A stretch of 32,000 nt of DNA, taken from assembly GCA_965219535.1 (NCBI GenBank), contig CBDCNV010000002.1, forward strand, positions 1,380,001 to 1,412,000. Reading direction: 5' to 3'. Every line of letters starts with the position of its first letter. Within the stretch, counting starts at the first letter, position 1. The DNA comes from Opitutales bacterium. GTDB lineage: Bacteria > Verrucomicrobiota > Verrucomicrobiia > Opitutales > PNEW01. The position numbers and the translations under genes are program-made. A model generated the notes under the pieces. The model was not told the origin of the DNA. It ran no database searches and saw only the letters and a program-made list of their open reading frames with translations. This document shows positions 8,276-16,504 of this stretch, in pieces.

Positions 8276-9037
8276 ATGTCCGCCCTGTCAGTAATACTAT
8301 TCACAGTGAGGGATTTTACTAAAACTCCCGCGGCCATAGTTCAAACACTAAAGAAGGTAAAGGCAATCGGCTATGACCATATTGAGTTAGGAGAACTGGG
8401 CCCAATCAATCCAAAAGAATTGAAGAAGATGGTGGATGCCGAGGGGTTGAGCATTTGCTCAACCCATGTGGAATTGCCTCGGTTGCGGGATGAACTTAAC
8501 GCCGTTATTGAAGAACATCATATCTGGGAGTGTAAGAATGTCGTTATCGGGGCATTGCCTAAAGAAAACCGAAATGAAGATGGTTACAAGCGGTTCGCTA
8601 GAGAATGTTCTGAGATTGGCCGCCGGCTTAATGAGCATGGAATAACATTAAGCTATCACAACCACTGGTGGGAGTTGGAAAAAATCGGTTCTCGGACTGG
8701 GTTGGATATACTGTTTGAGGAGAGTGATCCGGAGACGTTCTTCTTTGAGATTGATACCTGCTGGCTACAGTACGGAGGTGGAGATCCGTCGACATGGATA
8801 AGAAGAATGAAGGGACGACAGCACATGGTCCATTTCAAGGACATGATTTTACCTTCTACCGATACCAGCTCGACCCTTGAGGTGGGAGAGGGCAGTCTTG
8901 ACTTTCCATCGATTATTCAGGCATGTAAGGATGCCGGAGTTCAGTGGTACATCGTGGAACAGGATTATTGTCCGGGTGATCCTTTTGAAAGCATAGAGAA
9001 AAGTTACAGGAATTTGAAAGCTATGGAATTGGGATGA
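8276..9037 (+). CDS. Sugar phosphate isomerase/epimerase (xylose-isomerase-like TIM barrel, AP-endonuclease-2 fold)
   Basis: The ORF track starts at a TTG (8222) inside a tandem repeat. I prefer the ATG at 8276 (MSALSVILFTVRDF...). Typical family features: GYDHIELG, HNHWWE, FFEIDTCW, HFKD, VEQD. Confidence 0.8.
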   Translation: MSALSVILFTVRDFTKTPAAIVQTLKKVKAIGYDHIELGELGPINPKELKKMVDAEGLSICSTHVELPRLRDELNAVIEEHHIWECKNVVIGALPKENRNEDGYKRFARECSEIGRRLNEHGITLSYHNHWWELEKIGSRTGLDILFEESDPETFFFEIDTCWLQYGGGDPSTWIRRMKGRQHMVHFKDMILPSTDTSSTLEVGEGSLDFPSIIQACKDAGVQWYIVEQDYCPGDPFESIEKSYRNLKAMELG

Positions 9038-9055
9038 GATTCAATCGGCATTCCA

Positions 9056-9113
9056 GTACCGAGAGCCCAGCCCTCCTGTCATCTATAGCCTTGTGCGACA
9101 GATGGACATCCCA
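9056..9113. repeat. GTACCGAG...GACATCCCA motif copy with an expanded insert containing the hairpin CTGTC...GACAG
   Basis: GTACCGAG AGCCCAGCCCTC CTGTC ATCTATAGCCTTGTGC GACAG ATG GACATCCCATATTTGAAA, 22 nt before the ATG at 9135. Confidence 0.65.
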
Positions 9114-9134
9114 TATTTGAAAATCCGCAATTAA

Positions 9135-11489
9135 ATGAGTCGTAACACATCACGTGAGAGTAGCAGTCAGCCAGGGTTAACCGCTGTCGTCATCTCGAGT
9201 GTGTTGGTCGATAATGACAGGGCTGCGCTAGTTTCAGCCCTCGAACATTTGCATACGTACTGGGAGCGATATTTTAACAAAGGGAGTTTTCGCATTGCTC
9301 CGGAAGGTGAAAGCTTATCTGCAGAATTGCGAATATTGATTGGCACTGGGGAAACACTGCCCGAGATTGCAAACCTGGAGAACGAGGAAAGGATAGCGAA
9401 GCTCTCATTGGAACCTGAGAGCTTCGCCCTGGACATTACCAAAGTTGACGGGCAGCAACTGGCCGTACTCCGCTCCGTAGACAGACTCGGATTACAATAC
9501 GCGGTCTATGGATTTGCCGAGTATTTCCTGGGTATGCGCTTTGTCCATCCGCATTTCGACGTGGGGCCGGAAGAACCGCCGGCGCCTACGGAATTGCAAA
9601 TTGTAGAGAAGCCGTCCATGTCATTGCGCGTGCTCTATGAAACTTCGCATGTAAATGGTGGATGGCTGCGCGGCACGAGGAGGCAAAAGGCGCATTTCAG
9701 CGATATCGGGGCATGGCGCCTCGAGGATTGGGCGGGCAATCACGAACGTATGCATCTTTACGTTGATTGGGCTGTCAAGAATCGCGCCAACGTGATCATG
9801 TATGATGACACATTTCTGGACGAGAATCTTAAAACGGTCTCGGATGCCATCTGGGATTACATGGACCTTCTCGGGCTAAAGACTATTCTGGATGTCAACC
9901 CTGGTCACTGTCTTCATGATTTCCCGGGTATCAGCGATAATGACTTTTGCCAACCAACTGAGAGTATCGGCAAGCAGTATCCTTCGCCCCTGTGCATAGA
10001 GAAACCAGGGTTCTGGAAAGTTGTGGAGAAAAAATTGGATATCGCCGAGGCGCATGCCCATCGGCTTGCCGGATTGGTCTGTTTCTGGGATGAAGGAGCC
10101 CTCGGCTGGGGAGCTTTGGAAGGGGCGGGCGACGGATCCTATAGTACCCTGTCCGGAATTCTGCTTGATAATGTTACCACACGTTTTGTGGAACCCATAC
10201 TATTCCATGGCGGCTGTGTTACCTGCGGTGACCAACCTAATACCCGGAAGTGGTCAAAGCTGCTGGACCACCTTAACGGTCCAAAGGGCACGGTCGCCCG
10301 TGGATTGCCGGCGGTGGGCATGGGCAGGGCGCACTGCGGCATAGCTGATCCGGACGATGCCCTGATTGCCCGGGAAGTGATTCCCCACCTGCCTTCGGGA
10401 TCATTAAATTACGTTACCGCTGAATCAAACAGTCAGGGAGCGGATCGCATAGAAGCGTGGCCGCAGCTGATTGACGAGGCTAACGCAGCGGATGGTGGGG
10501 ATAGACGAGTGTTCATGCGGAGAGAGCTCACCTACGGCTGTGAGGGTGATTTTCCGCTGGTGCATCCCACTTCTCTAGATCGCACAGACGATGACTTCCG
10601 CATCTTCACCCAATACGCGAGCACCTCAACCTGTCTCGGCGGAGTCTACACTTTTCATTCGATGGGCTGGCTGCTCGCCTGGTATTCGCTGCGAAAACAA
10701 TGGCAACCCTCCGGCGCTTGGACGGACCGACTTACCTCGGAGTTGACCGGTTCCATGGGTGAGGATGCGATCCACCTCGCGGTGTCTATTTTCGAAGCTA
10801 TGAGGGACATCCAATTATACGAAGGGCTCGAGGAAGGCGAGTATGTAACTTATTACAGCCGCTGGGGTCTCGATCTTCACAAACTGGCTCCCGAGACGCT
10901 TAAGGGTGAAAGTCCCTTTGCGCTGTCTCCTGAAGAGGGTTTCTGCCCGTTCATTCGAATTGTCGCAGAGGGTGCGGAAGATAAGCAGAAGCTCTATACG
11001 AGCGGCAACTGTTCACCGGCAGAGAAACGCCTTCAGGGACTGCGGACAAAACTGGGTCGTGTGGAAAGTGAAGTCAAAAATATGGAGACCATGCTGTTTA
11101 CGAGGCGTGATCGATCCTTCTGGGATGAACATCTGATTCAGCCATTGCGCTGGACGGCAGCTTTCCTGAAAAGCCGCGTCGCATTGGCTCTCACCTATTG
11201 CTCCTACACGAAAGTCAGAGAATGGGTAGCCCAGGGGAAAGATGCTTCCGGCCTTGTATCTGAAGGCGAAGCTCTGACCCGTGAAGCGCTTGAAGCACAG
11301 AATCTTTATGTTTGTCTGCGTCCAGGTTTCAGTATGGTGGACTACCCCAAAGAAGTAAATCCGGAGGTCATTCGACACCTCATCGACGAGTGGCGAAATC
11401 TCATCACTCACCCTGAACAGTGTCTGGATCTACCTCTGTTAAACTTTCTTGACCGCGCTGAGCGGCATGTAGAAAACAGGAAAGCCTGA
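9135..11489 (+). CDS. Large hypothetical protein. The N-terminal part resembles the GH20b/DUF4838-type domain of putative glycoside hydrolases. No signal peptide.
   Basis: 784-aa ORF. DRLGLQYAVYGFAEYFLGMRFVHP resembles the conserved DUF4838/GH20-N motif as I recall it. The functional call is weak. The stop codon lies inside a repeat module. Confidence 0.5.
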   Translation: MSRNTSRESSSQPGLTAVVISSVLVDNDRAALVSALEHLHTYWERYFNKGSFRIAPEGESLSAELRILIGTGETLPEIANLENEERIAKLSLEPESFALDITKVDGQQLAVLRSVDRLGLQYAVYGFAEYFLGMRFVHPHFDVGPEEPPAPTELQIVEKPSMSLRVLYETSHVNGGWLRGTRRQKAHFSDIGAWRLEDWAGNHERMHLYVDWAVKNRANVIMYDDTFLDENLKTVSDAIWDYMDLLGLKTILDVNPGHCLHDFPGISDNDFCQPTESIGKQYPSPLCIEKPGFWKVVEKKLDIAEAHAHRLAGLVCFWDEGALGWGALEGAGDGSYSTLSGILLDNVTTRFVEPILFHGGCVTCGDQPNTRKWSKLLDHLNGPKGTVARGLPAVGMGRAHCGIADPDDALIAREVIPHLPSGSLNYVTAESNSQGADRIEAWPQLIDEANAADGGDRRVFMRRELTYGCEGDFPLVHPTSLDRTDDDFRIFTQYASTSTCLGGVYTFHSMGWLLAWYSLRKQWQPSGAWTDRLTSELTGSMGEDAIHLAVSIFEAMRDIQLYEGLEEGEYVTYYSRWGLDLHKLAPETLKGESPFALSPEEGFCPFIRIVAEGAEDKQKLYTSGNCSPAEKRLQGLRTKLGRVESEVKNMETMLFTRRDRSFWDEHLIQPLRWTAAFLKSRVALALTYCSYTKVREWVAQGKDASGLVSEGEALTREALEAQNLYVCLRPGFSMVDYPKEVNPEVIRHLIDEWRNLITHPEQCLDLPLLNFLDRAERHVENRKA

Positions 11490-11722
11490 AGGCCAGAGGG
11501 TCGGACTTCGAGAAAGCCAGACAGCCCGAAGGCTGGAAGGCCGGTTTCGAGTTCCGCAATCGCGGAACGACATCTTCCAAGCCGGAAGGTTGGATTGATG
11601 CATAATATTTGATGTTAAATAATCCTAACGTATTGGTTGATGTCGCACATTACCCTCGGTACGGATGTCCAATTGTCTGGCCTTCCGGAACCCTGGCTTT
11701 CCGGGTGTCCGGCTTTCTGGAT
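11477..11722. repeat. Composite, roughly palindromic spacer between convergent genes. Outer arms are CCGGAAGG/CCAGAAAG-type arrays. Inner elements are a hairpin-GACATCTTCCA copy and an inverted ATGTCG...CCCTCGGTAC copy.
   Basis: Left arm 11477-11544 (it includes the TGA stop of 9135..11489). GTTCCGC-AATC-GCGGAAC at 11551-11568, then GACATCTTCCA. ATGTCGCACATTACCCTCGGTAC at 11640-11661. Right arm CTGGCCTTCCGGAACCCTGGCTTTCCGGGTGTCCGGCTTTCTGG at 11677-11720. Confidence 0.7.
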
Positions 11723-11726
11723 CGCT

Positions 11727-14700
11727 CTAACGCGCTCCCGCTTCCATACGTATCCGGGGATCCAGCCACATCAGTAAAAGATCGCTGACCAATGTACCAA
11801 GGACACCCAATAGACTTAAAATCATGAGCAGGGAACCAGCGAGGTAAGTGTCTTCAGTCATCAGCGCTTCCAACATCATCGGGCCCACAGTGGGCAAGCT
11901 GAGCACCATCGCGACAATCGCCCCGCCGGATACCAGTTGGGGAAAGAGCATTCCTAGCCCTGAGATAAAAGGATTAAACGCGATACGCACTGGATATTTA
12001 ATAAGCAGTTTGAAGGGCCGCACCCCCTTCGCCAGCGCTGTCGTGACATAGGGTTTTCGCAGTTCGTCCAGCAAATTGCCGCGCATTACTCGGATCATGC
12101 TGGCGGTACCGGTAATTCCCAAGACAACAATCGGAACCCAGATGTGTTGTAAAAGATCAATCACTTTGGGCAAAGTCCATTCCACTTGCCCTGCATGTTC
12201 GGGTGAGTAAAGCCCCGTCATACTGATACCAAAATAAGCTTTGGCCCAATACATCAGGAGGAGCGCGAGAAGAAAGCTGGGTACGCACATCCCGATGAAG
12301 CCGAGAAATGTGAAAATATAATCGCCGAGTGAATACTGGCGCACGGCCGAGTAGATTCCGATGGGCAGGGCAACGGCCCAGGTGAAAAGGATAGAACCTA
12401 ACGCGATCAAGACCGTTAGAAAAATACGATCGCCTACTACGTCATTGACGGGTCTCCGGCTCTCCATGGAAAAACCCAAGTGTCCTTGCAGCAAGCCGTG
12501 ATCTTCGGACTTAAAAGATAAAAACCAGGGAAGGCCAAGCCAAACTCCGTACTGGGTTAAGACAGGTTCATCGATGGGAAACAATTTTCGGAGCTGCTCT
12601 GCTTCGATGATGTACCGTTGATCACCCGTTATTTCCGCCTCTAAAATCTTGTTATCAATATAATTACTCGGAGGAAGTTGAATGATAGTAAAGGCCACGA
12701 TGGATATTAGAAGAAGCGTGGGTGCCATAATTAATAAGCGACGCCCAACATAGGGATGCCTTACACCGGTGAGGATGAGTCCCACCGCGAATATGCCAAG
12801 GAAAAGATGGCGAACAAACCTGCCTATGCGAATTCCATTTCCACGTTCAAGAGATTCCGTGAATATCGTGTTATCCCGCGGTGTGATTTCCGTCATTTCT
12901 CTTTTTATTTTAGCAATCGTCCCAGGAGAATCTTTCGGGCTTTCGAAATAGAAAGTTTCGGGGCCGCCATTGGACGGAGGTCCATACCAATATATAAGCT
13001 TGCGCGGAACGTTTTTGAAATCTTTCTTCACGATAGCAAGTTTCGGAGTCGGCGTAGAGATGCCGATGGCCCAGAGTTCTTCAGCCATGATATCCTGGAC
13101 TTCCCGAATAATCTCCCTCTGCTCTTGAATCGTGGGGGCCTGTTGCGCTGCATCAAATAATTCCATACAGCGCCGCACCGGATGTCCTGGCGGCGGCTCA
13201 ATTCCACCCTCTTCGGTCGCTCTGGGATCACCGTAAAGCCCACCATATACATACCATGAGGTATATCCCCGCGCTTGTGACCACTCGGATATAAAACCTC
13301 TGTTTTTTAAAATTGGATTGAAACCACCACCAACACCAAATATATGAAAATCGTTCTTTCGCGCCCGGCTTATAACATTAAAATAATTCATGGTTAGCTC
13401 CCGCTCAATGGCACGGAGACCGACCTTTTTCCAACCCTCGATGACAAAGGAGGAAGGACCCTGGGCAAAGTTGGGGATAATATCGAGATACCAAACCATG
13501 CGGGTACCATCCTTGAAATTGCGATATCCGTTTGCGTCCCTTCCTATCAAACCGATCTCATCCAACAACTGGTTGGCGCGATCAGGATCGTAATCGGTAT
13601 AATTTTTATGTAGTTTTTCGTGATAAAAAAAAGATTCTCTACCGGGTCCTACTTGTGCCGGTTCTCCCCACCCATCATAGATGGCATCTATAATCTCTTG
13701 CCGATTAATCGCGAGTGATAGCGCCTTGCGGAATCGCTTGTCATTGAGCAGTTCACCTTTCTTTGCTGTCCTTGGATCATTCGGATCGATATAACGATTA
13801 AGATTAGGAAAAATCGCCCAATCAGAAACCCCGGCATCGTACCAGTGGTAAACTTCATAATTGTTTTCTTCGCGCTGAGACATGAAGAGGGTGTAATACA
13901 AATAATAAATATTGATCGCCTGCATCGTAATACCGCCTTCAGCTGCGGTGATTGGAACAAGTGCAATGTTTCTTACATCGAGCAAAACACGGTCGACATA
14001 AGGGAGTTGGTTACCCTCGGTATCTACAGCCCAGTAGTAGGGATTGCGTACGTATGACCGCGGAGGATTAGCTTTGTAGGTGCGATAAAGCCAAGGCCAG
14101 AGACGGGGATGCTCGGGGTTGTCATAGAGTTTCAATTCTATATAAAGTCCGAGCCGGGTGGGAATTTTTTTTGCTTTCATCGTATCTTCAATAAGCGTGT
14201 CGTCACCGATTTCGGGGTGATATTTTTCCATATAGTGACGGGGCGAACAAAAAGTGTGAGCCTCGGCCATTCGCTCAAGAAAAAGCGGATGCGGTGCAGA
14301 AAAAACGAATTTTAAGGTGTGTGTATCGATTTTAATGATCTCGCCTGTCTTGCCAGCGGTTATCAGCCATCGATAACTCTCCTCTTCCGCATAGGGTGTT
14401 TCATAATTCCACCAGTAGAGAATGTCAGCTGCGGTAAAAGGGTGACCATCTGACCATTTCATCCCCTTGCGTAAATAGATCGTCCATTCTTTTTTGTCTG
14501 GTGAGGCTTTCCATCCCTTGGCGACGTGGGGCACAATCGGATAACCGAGAGGTGACAAGCGGACGAGAGTCGACCCGGAATACCAACTTTCGACCAAAGT
14601 TTGGACATTGTGCGGATTGTTTAACACCCCAAGCCATGTTCCTCCGTATTTGCCTATACCTTCTACTCCTTCTATCACTACCGGTTCCGGTCCTACCCGT

Positions 14701-15002
14701 TCCGCTACCGGTGGCAGCGTTCCCTCTTTTACTAATTCGGCGAGAATCGGTGACTCATTTTTCGGATACCAGGAAGCATTTTCTCCTTCCCGATAGTCGA
14801 CATCCCGTTGAATAGCGTATTCATCATCGGGACCAAAACGATTATCGCGTAACGCTTCTGTTTCCTCTATCAACTCTTTGCTGTAATGCAGAGGTTCCTG
14901 CTGGAGTTCCGTTTTAAAAACACTGCTCCAAAAGTAGAGAAACCCGAATAAGAAACCACCCGTGAGAAGAAGGAGGCCGGAATATTTAAAAACACGTTTC
15001 AC
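11727..15002 (-). CDS. Fused ABC-importer protein: membrane anchor + complete family-5 solute-binding domain + DppB/OppB-type permease (full-length paralog of 697..3567)
   Basis: The ORF track gives 11727..15017 from a TTG. The GTG at 15002 gives the same MKRVFKY start and the same upstream sequence as the paralog. EAA region KPYVTTALAKGVRPFKLLIKYPVRIAFNPFIS. Confidence 0.85.
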   Translation of the reverse strand: MKRVFKYSGLLLLTGGFLFGFLYFWSSVFKTELQQEPLHYSKELIEETEALRDNRFGPDDEYAIQRDVDYREGENASWYPKNESPILAELVKEGTLPPVAERVGPEPVVIEGVEGIGKYGGTWLGVLNNPHNVQTLVESWYSGSTLVRLSPLGYPIVPHVAKGWKASPDKKEWTIYLRKGMKWSDGHPFTAADILYWWNYETPYAEEESYRWLITAGKTGEIIKIDTHTLKFVFSAPHPLFLERMAEAHTFCSPRHYMEKYHPEIGDDTLIEDTMKAKKIPTRLGLYIELKLYDNPEHPRLWPWLYRTYKANPPRSYVRNPYYWAVDTEGNQLPYVDRVLLDVRNIALVPITAAEGGITMQAINIYYLYYTLFMSQREENNYEVYHWYDAGVSDWAIFPNLNRYIDPNDPRTAKKGELLNDKRFRKALSLAINRQEIIDAIYDGWGEPAQVGPGRESFFYHEKLHKNYTDYDPDRANQLLDEIGLIGRDANGYRNFKDGTRMVWYLDIIPNFAQGPSSFVIEGWKKVGLRAIERELTMNYFNVISRARKNDFHIFGVGGGFNPILKNRGFISEWSQARGYTSWYVYGGLYGDPRATEEGGIEPPPGHPVRRCMELFDAAQQAPTIQEQREIIREVQDIMAEELWAIGISTPTPKLAIVKKDFKNVPRKLIYWYGPPSNGGPETFYFESPKDSPGTIAKIKREMTEITPRDNTIFTESLERGNGIRIGRFVRHLFLGIFAVGLILTGVRHPYVGRRLLIMAPTLLLISIVAFTIIQLPPSNYIDNKILEAEITGDQRYIIEAEQLRKLFPIDEPVLTQYGVWLGLPWFLSFKSEDHGLLQGHLGFSMESRRPVNDVVGDRIFLTVLIALGSILFTWAVALPIGIYSAVRQYSLGDYIFTFLGFIGMCVPSFLLALLLMYWAKAYFGISMTGLYSPEHAGQVEWTLPKVIDLLQHIWVPIVVLGITGTASMIRVMRGNLLDELRKPYVTTALAKGVRPFKLLIKYPVRIAFNPFISGLGMLFPQLVSGGAIVAMVLSLPTVGPMMLEALMTEDTYLAGSLLMILSLLGVLGTLVSDLLLMWLDPRIRMEAGAR

Positions 15003-15012
15003 GTTGTTTTTA

Positions 15013-15044
15013 GTCAAAAGGTCAAAAGGTCAAAATGTCAAAAC
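15013..15044. repeat. (GGTCAAAA)4 array, 10 nt upstream (minus strand) of the GTG start of 11727..15002
   Basis: GTCAAAAGGTCAAAAGGTCAAAATGTCAAAAC. Confidence 0.9.
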
Positions 15045-15064
15045 GTTGAAGACTAAGGAAAGAC

Positions 15065-15215
15065 CAGTGAACGGTAAACAGTGAACAGTGGGGAGAGTAG
15101 GGGTGTGGTTGCCCTGTCTTGTTTAAACTCGCAATGACAAATGAAATATTTCAACCTCCAAAATCCGACATCCCAAATCCGCAATCCGCTACCGAGGGCA
15201 AAGCCCGACATCCCA
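15065..15215. repeat. Mosaic of a (GTGAACA) array ending CAGTGGGG, a CTCGCAATGACAA motif, an (AATCCGC) array and the TACCGAG-GGGC-AAA-GCCC-GACATCCCA hairpin motif
   Basis: Read directly. The hairpin stem is 15196-15199/15203-15206. The motif ends 9 nt before the ATG at 15224. Confidence 0.8.
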
Positions 15216-15223
15216 CATTTGAA

Positions 15224-16150
15224 ATGTCCCCCTTCATAGAGTCTAACGCTATAATAGACGATAGTGAAGCGTTGCGCTGCCGTGCGGATCGCAACGGCTA
15301 TCTCTTTCTGCGAAACTTTGTCGACGGGGAGTCGATCCTCGAAACGCGGCGAGACATCACCGCAATCCTGCAAGGTGTCGGTTGGATTCAAGCGGGCACC
15401 GATCCACTCGAAGCAATAACCACTCACCCGGCGATCATTTCAGGGATGGAAGAATTCAAACCTGTCTATGACGAAATTCTAAAGCTCGAATCGTTCCAGA
15501 CGCTTGCCCACGCTGCTACTCTTTTCAAACTCGCGGAAGCGCTTCTCGGACCTGATGTGTTGTTGCAGCCCAGCAACATTCTGCGCATCATCTTTCCGAG
15601 CGACCTCGACCAAACCACACCGGCTGACCAGGATTATGTTCACATTCAAGGCACTCTGGATGTCTGGACGGCATGGATGCCATTGAGCGACTGCCCGGTA
15701 AAACTGGGTGGACTGAGTGTGCTGAGTGGGTCGCACAAGTCAGGTATTTTTCCCGTGACGAAAGCCACCGGTGCCGGCGGACTGCGAAGTGAAACTGAAG
15801 CATTCGGCGAGGACTGGGTTTCGAGTCCTTTCAATCTCGGGGACGTATTATTTTTCCACAGTCACACCGTGCATCAGGGGCTTCCCAATCGATCGGGTGA
15901 TCGCCTGCGTCTTTCAGCAGACTTTCGCTATCAGAGAGCTTCGGAACCAGTCATTCATCAGGTCCTCACCCCGCACCAGGGCCGCCTGATCTGGGAAGAG
16001 GTTTACGCAGGTTGGAAATCAGATGAGTATCAGTTCTATTGGAAAAAATTTCCCCTCACGACAGTGACCAAGGTGCCTTGGGAAGTAGATGCGCATCAGC
16101 GCGAGTCAAAAAGTCAAAAGGGGGGAGAACCAGTAAACAGTGAACGGTGA
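15224..16150 (+). CDS. PhyH-family dioxygenase paralog with Asp in place of the first iron-binding His (ADQD instead of HQD)
   Basis: The ORF track starts at 15119, but the first 35 codons are translated repeat modules. The ATG at 15224 (MSPFIESN...) aligns with MNETSPFVD of 3747..4649. The alignment FPGGHQSTTPPHQDFH / FPSDLDQTTPADQDYVH is unambiguous. The distal His is retained (FFHSHTVHQG). Confidence 0.8.
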   Translation: MSPFIESNAIIDDSEALRCRADRNGYLFLRNFVDGESILETRRDITAILQGVGWIQAGTDPLEAITTHPAIISGMEEFKPVYDEILKLESFQTLAHAATLFKLAEALLGPDVLLQPSNILRIIFPSDLDQTTPADQDYVHIQGTLDVWTAWMPLSDCPVKLGGLSVLSGSHKSGIFPVTKATGAGGLRSETEAFGEDWVSSPFNLGDVLFFHSHTVHQGLPNRSGDRLRLSADFRYQRASEPVIHQVLTPHQGRLIWEEVYAGWKSDEYQFYWKKFPLTTVTKVPWEVDAHQRESKSQKGGEPVNSER

Positions 16151-16156
16151 ACAGTT

Positions 16157-16211
16157 GGGGAGTTGCGGATTTATTATAATAGTGCTAGCTATTCTTACCT
16201 GAACCCTGAAC
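16157..16211. repeat. Dispersed roughly 55-bp unit (copy 1): GGGGAGTTGCGGATTTATTATAATAGTGCTAGCTATTCTTACCTGAACCCTGAAC
   Basis: Near-identical to 21768-21820 (2 mismatches seen). A related degenerate version lies at about 19571-19620. Confidence 0.85.
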
Positions 16212-16432
16212 GGAATCAAATTATGAATTTGGAATTAGGAATTATGAAAAAAGCGTTAGTTACACGACACCTGCCTGCCCTGATCGTAGTCGAAGGGAAC
16301 CCTGTACCGAGAGCGTAGCTCGACATCTTCCACCCTGATCGGAATCAAATTATGAATTAGGAATTATGAATTATGAAAATTCCTCTAGTTACCCAACACC
16401 TGCCTGCCCTGAGCGAAGTCGAAGGGAACCCT
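16204..16432. repeat. Direct duplication of a roughly 100-bp composite unit (period about 129 bp) separated by a hairpin motif copy
   Basis: Units 16204-16303 and 16333-16432: CCCTGA(A/T)CGGAATC + (GAATTAT/GAATTAG) array + ACACCTGCCTGCCCTGA(T/G)CG(T/A)AGTCGAAGGGAACCCT. The linker 16304-16332 is GTACCGAG-AGC-GTA-GCT-CGACATCTTCCA. Confidence 0.85.
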
Positions 16433-16436
16433 CTTA

Positions 16437-16484
16437 CCTAAAACATAACACCTAAAACTTAAAACGAGCCTTAGCGCTCGTTTT
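16437..16484. repeat. (CTAAAAC) array plus the 9-bp-stem hairpin AAAACGAGC-CTTAGC-GCTCGTTTT (bidirectional terminator-like)
   Basis: Read directly. It lies 20 nt upstream of the ATG at 16505 and about 310 nt downstream of the stop at 16150. Confidence 0.6.
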
Positions 16485-16504
16485 AATGCGCTCTCCATCC
16501 AATC

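Noticed and set aside
15003-15223. N-terminal extensions offered by the ORF track (8222, 15119, 24633, 26230, 30327, 6839, 15017), which start at TTG/GTG inside repeat modules
   Set aside because: The extended residues are translations of intergenic repeat modules. Paralog or family alignments begin at the downstream ATG, or at the GTG shared by both transporter paralogs. I used the shorter starts.
16461-16484. Calling AAAACGAGC-CTTAGC-GCTCGTTTT a definite intrinsic terminator
   Set aside because: Only the central 5 bp of the stem are G/C. It lies about 310 nt from the upstream stop and 20 nt from the next start. It is also part of the recurrent array-plus-hairpin composite found in non-terminator positions. 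I listed it only as a repeat.
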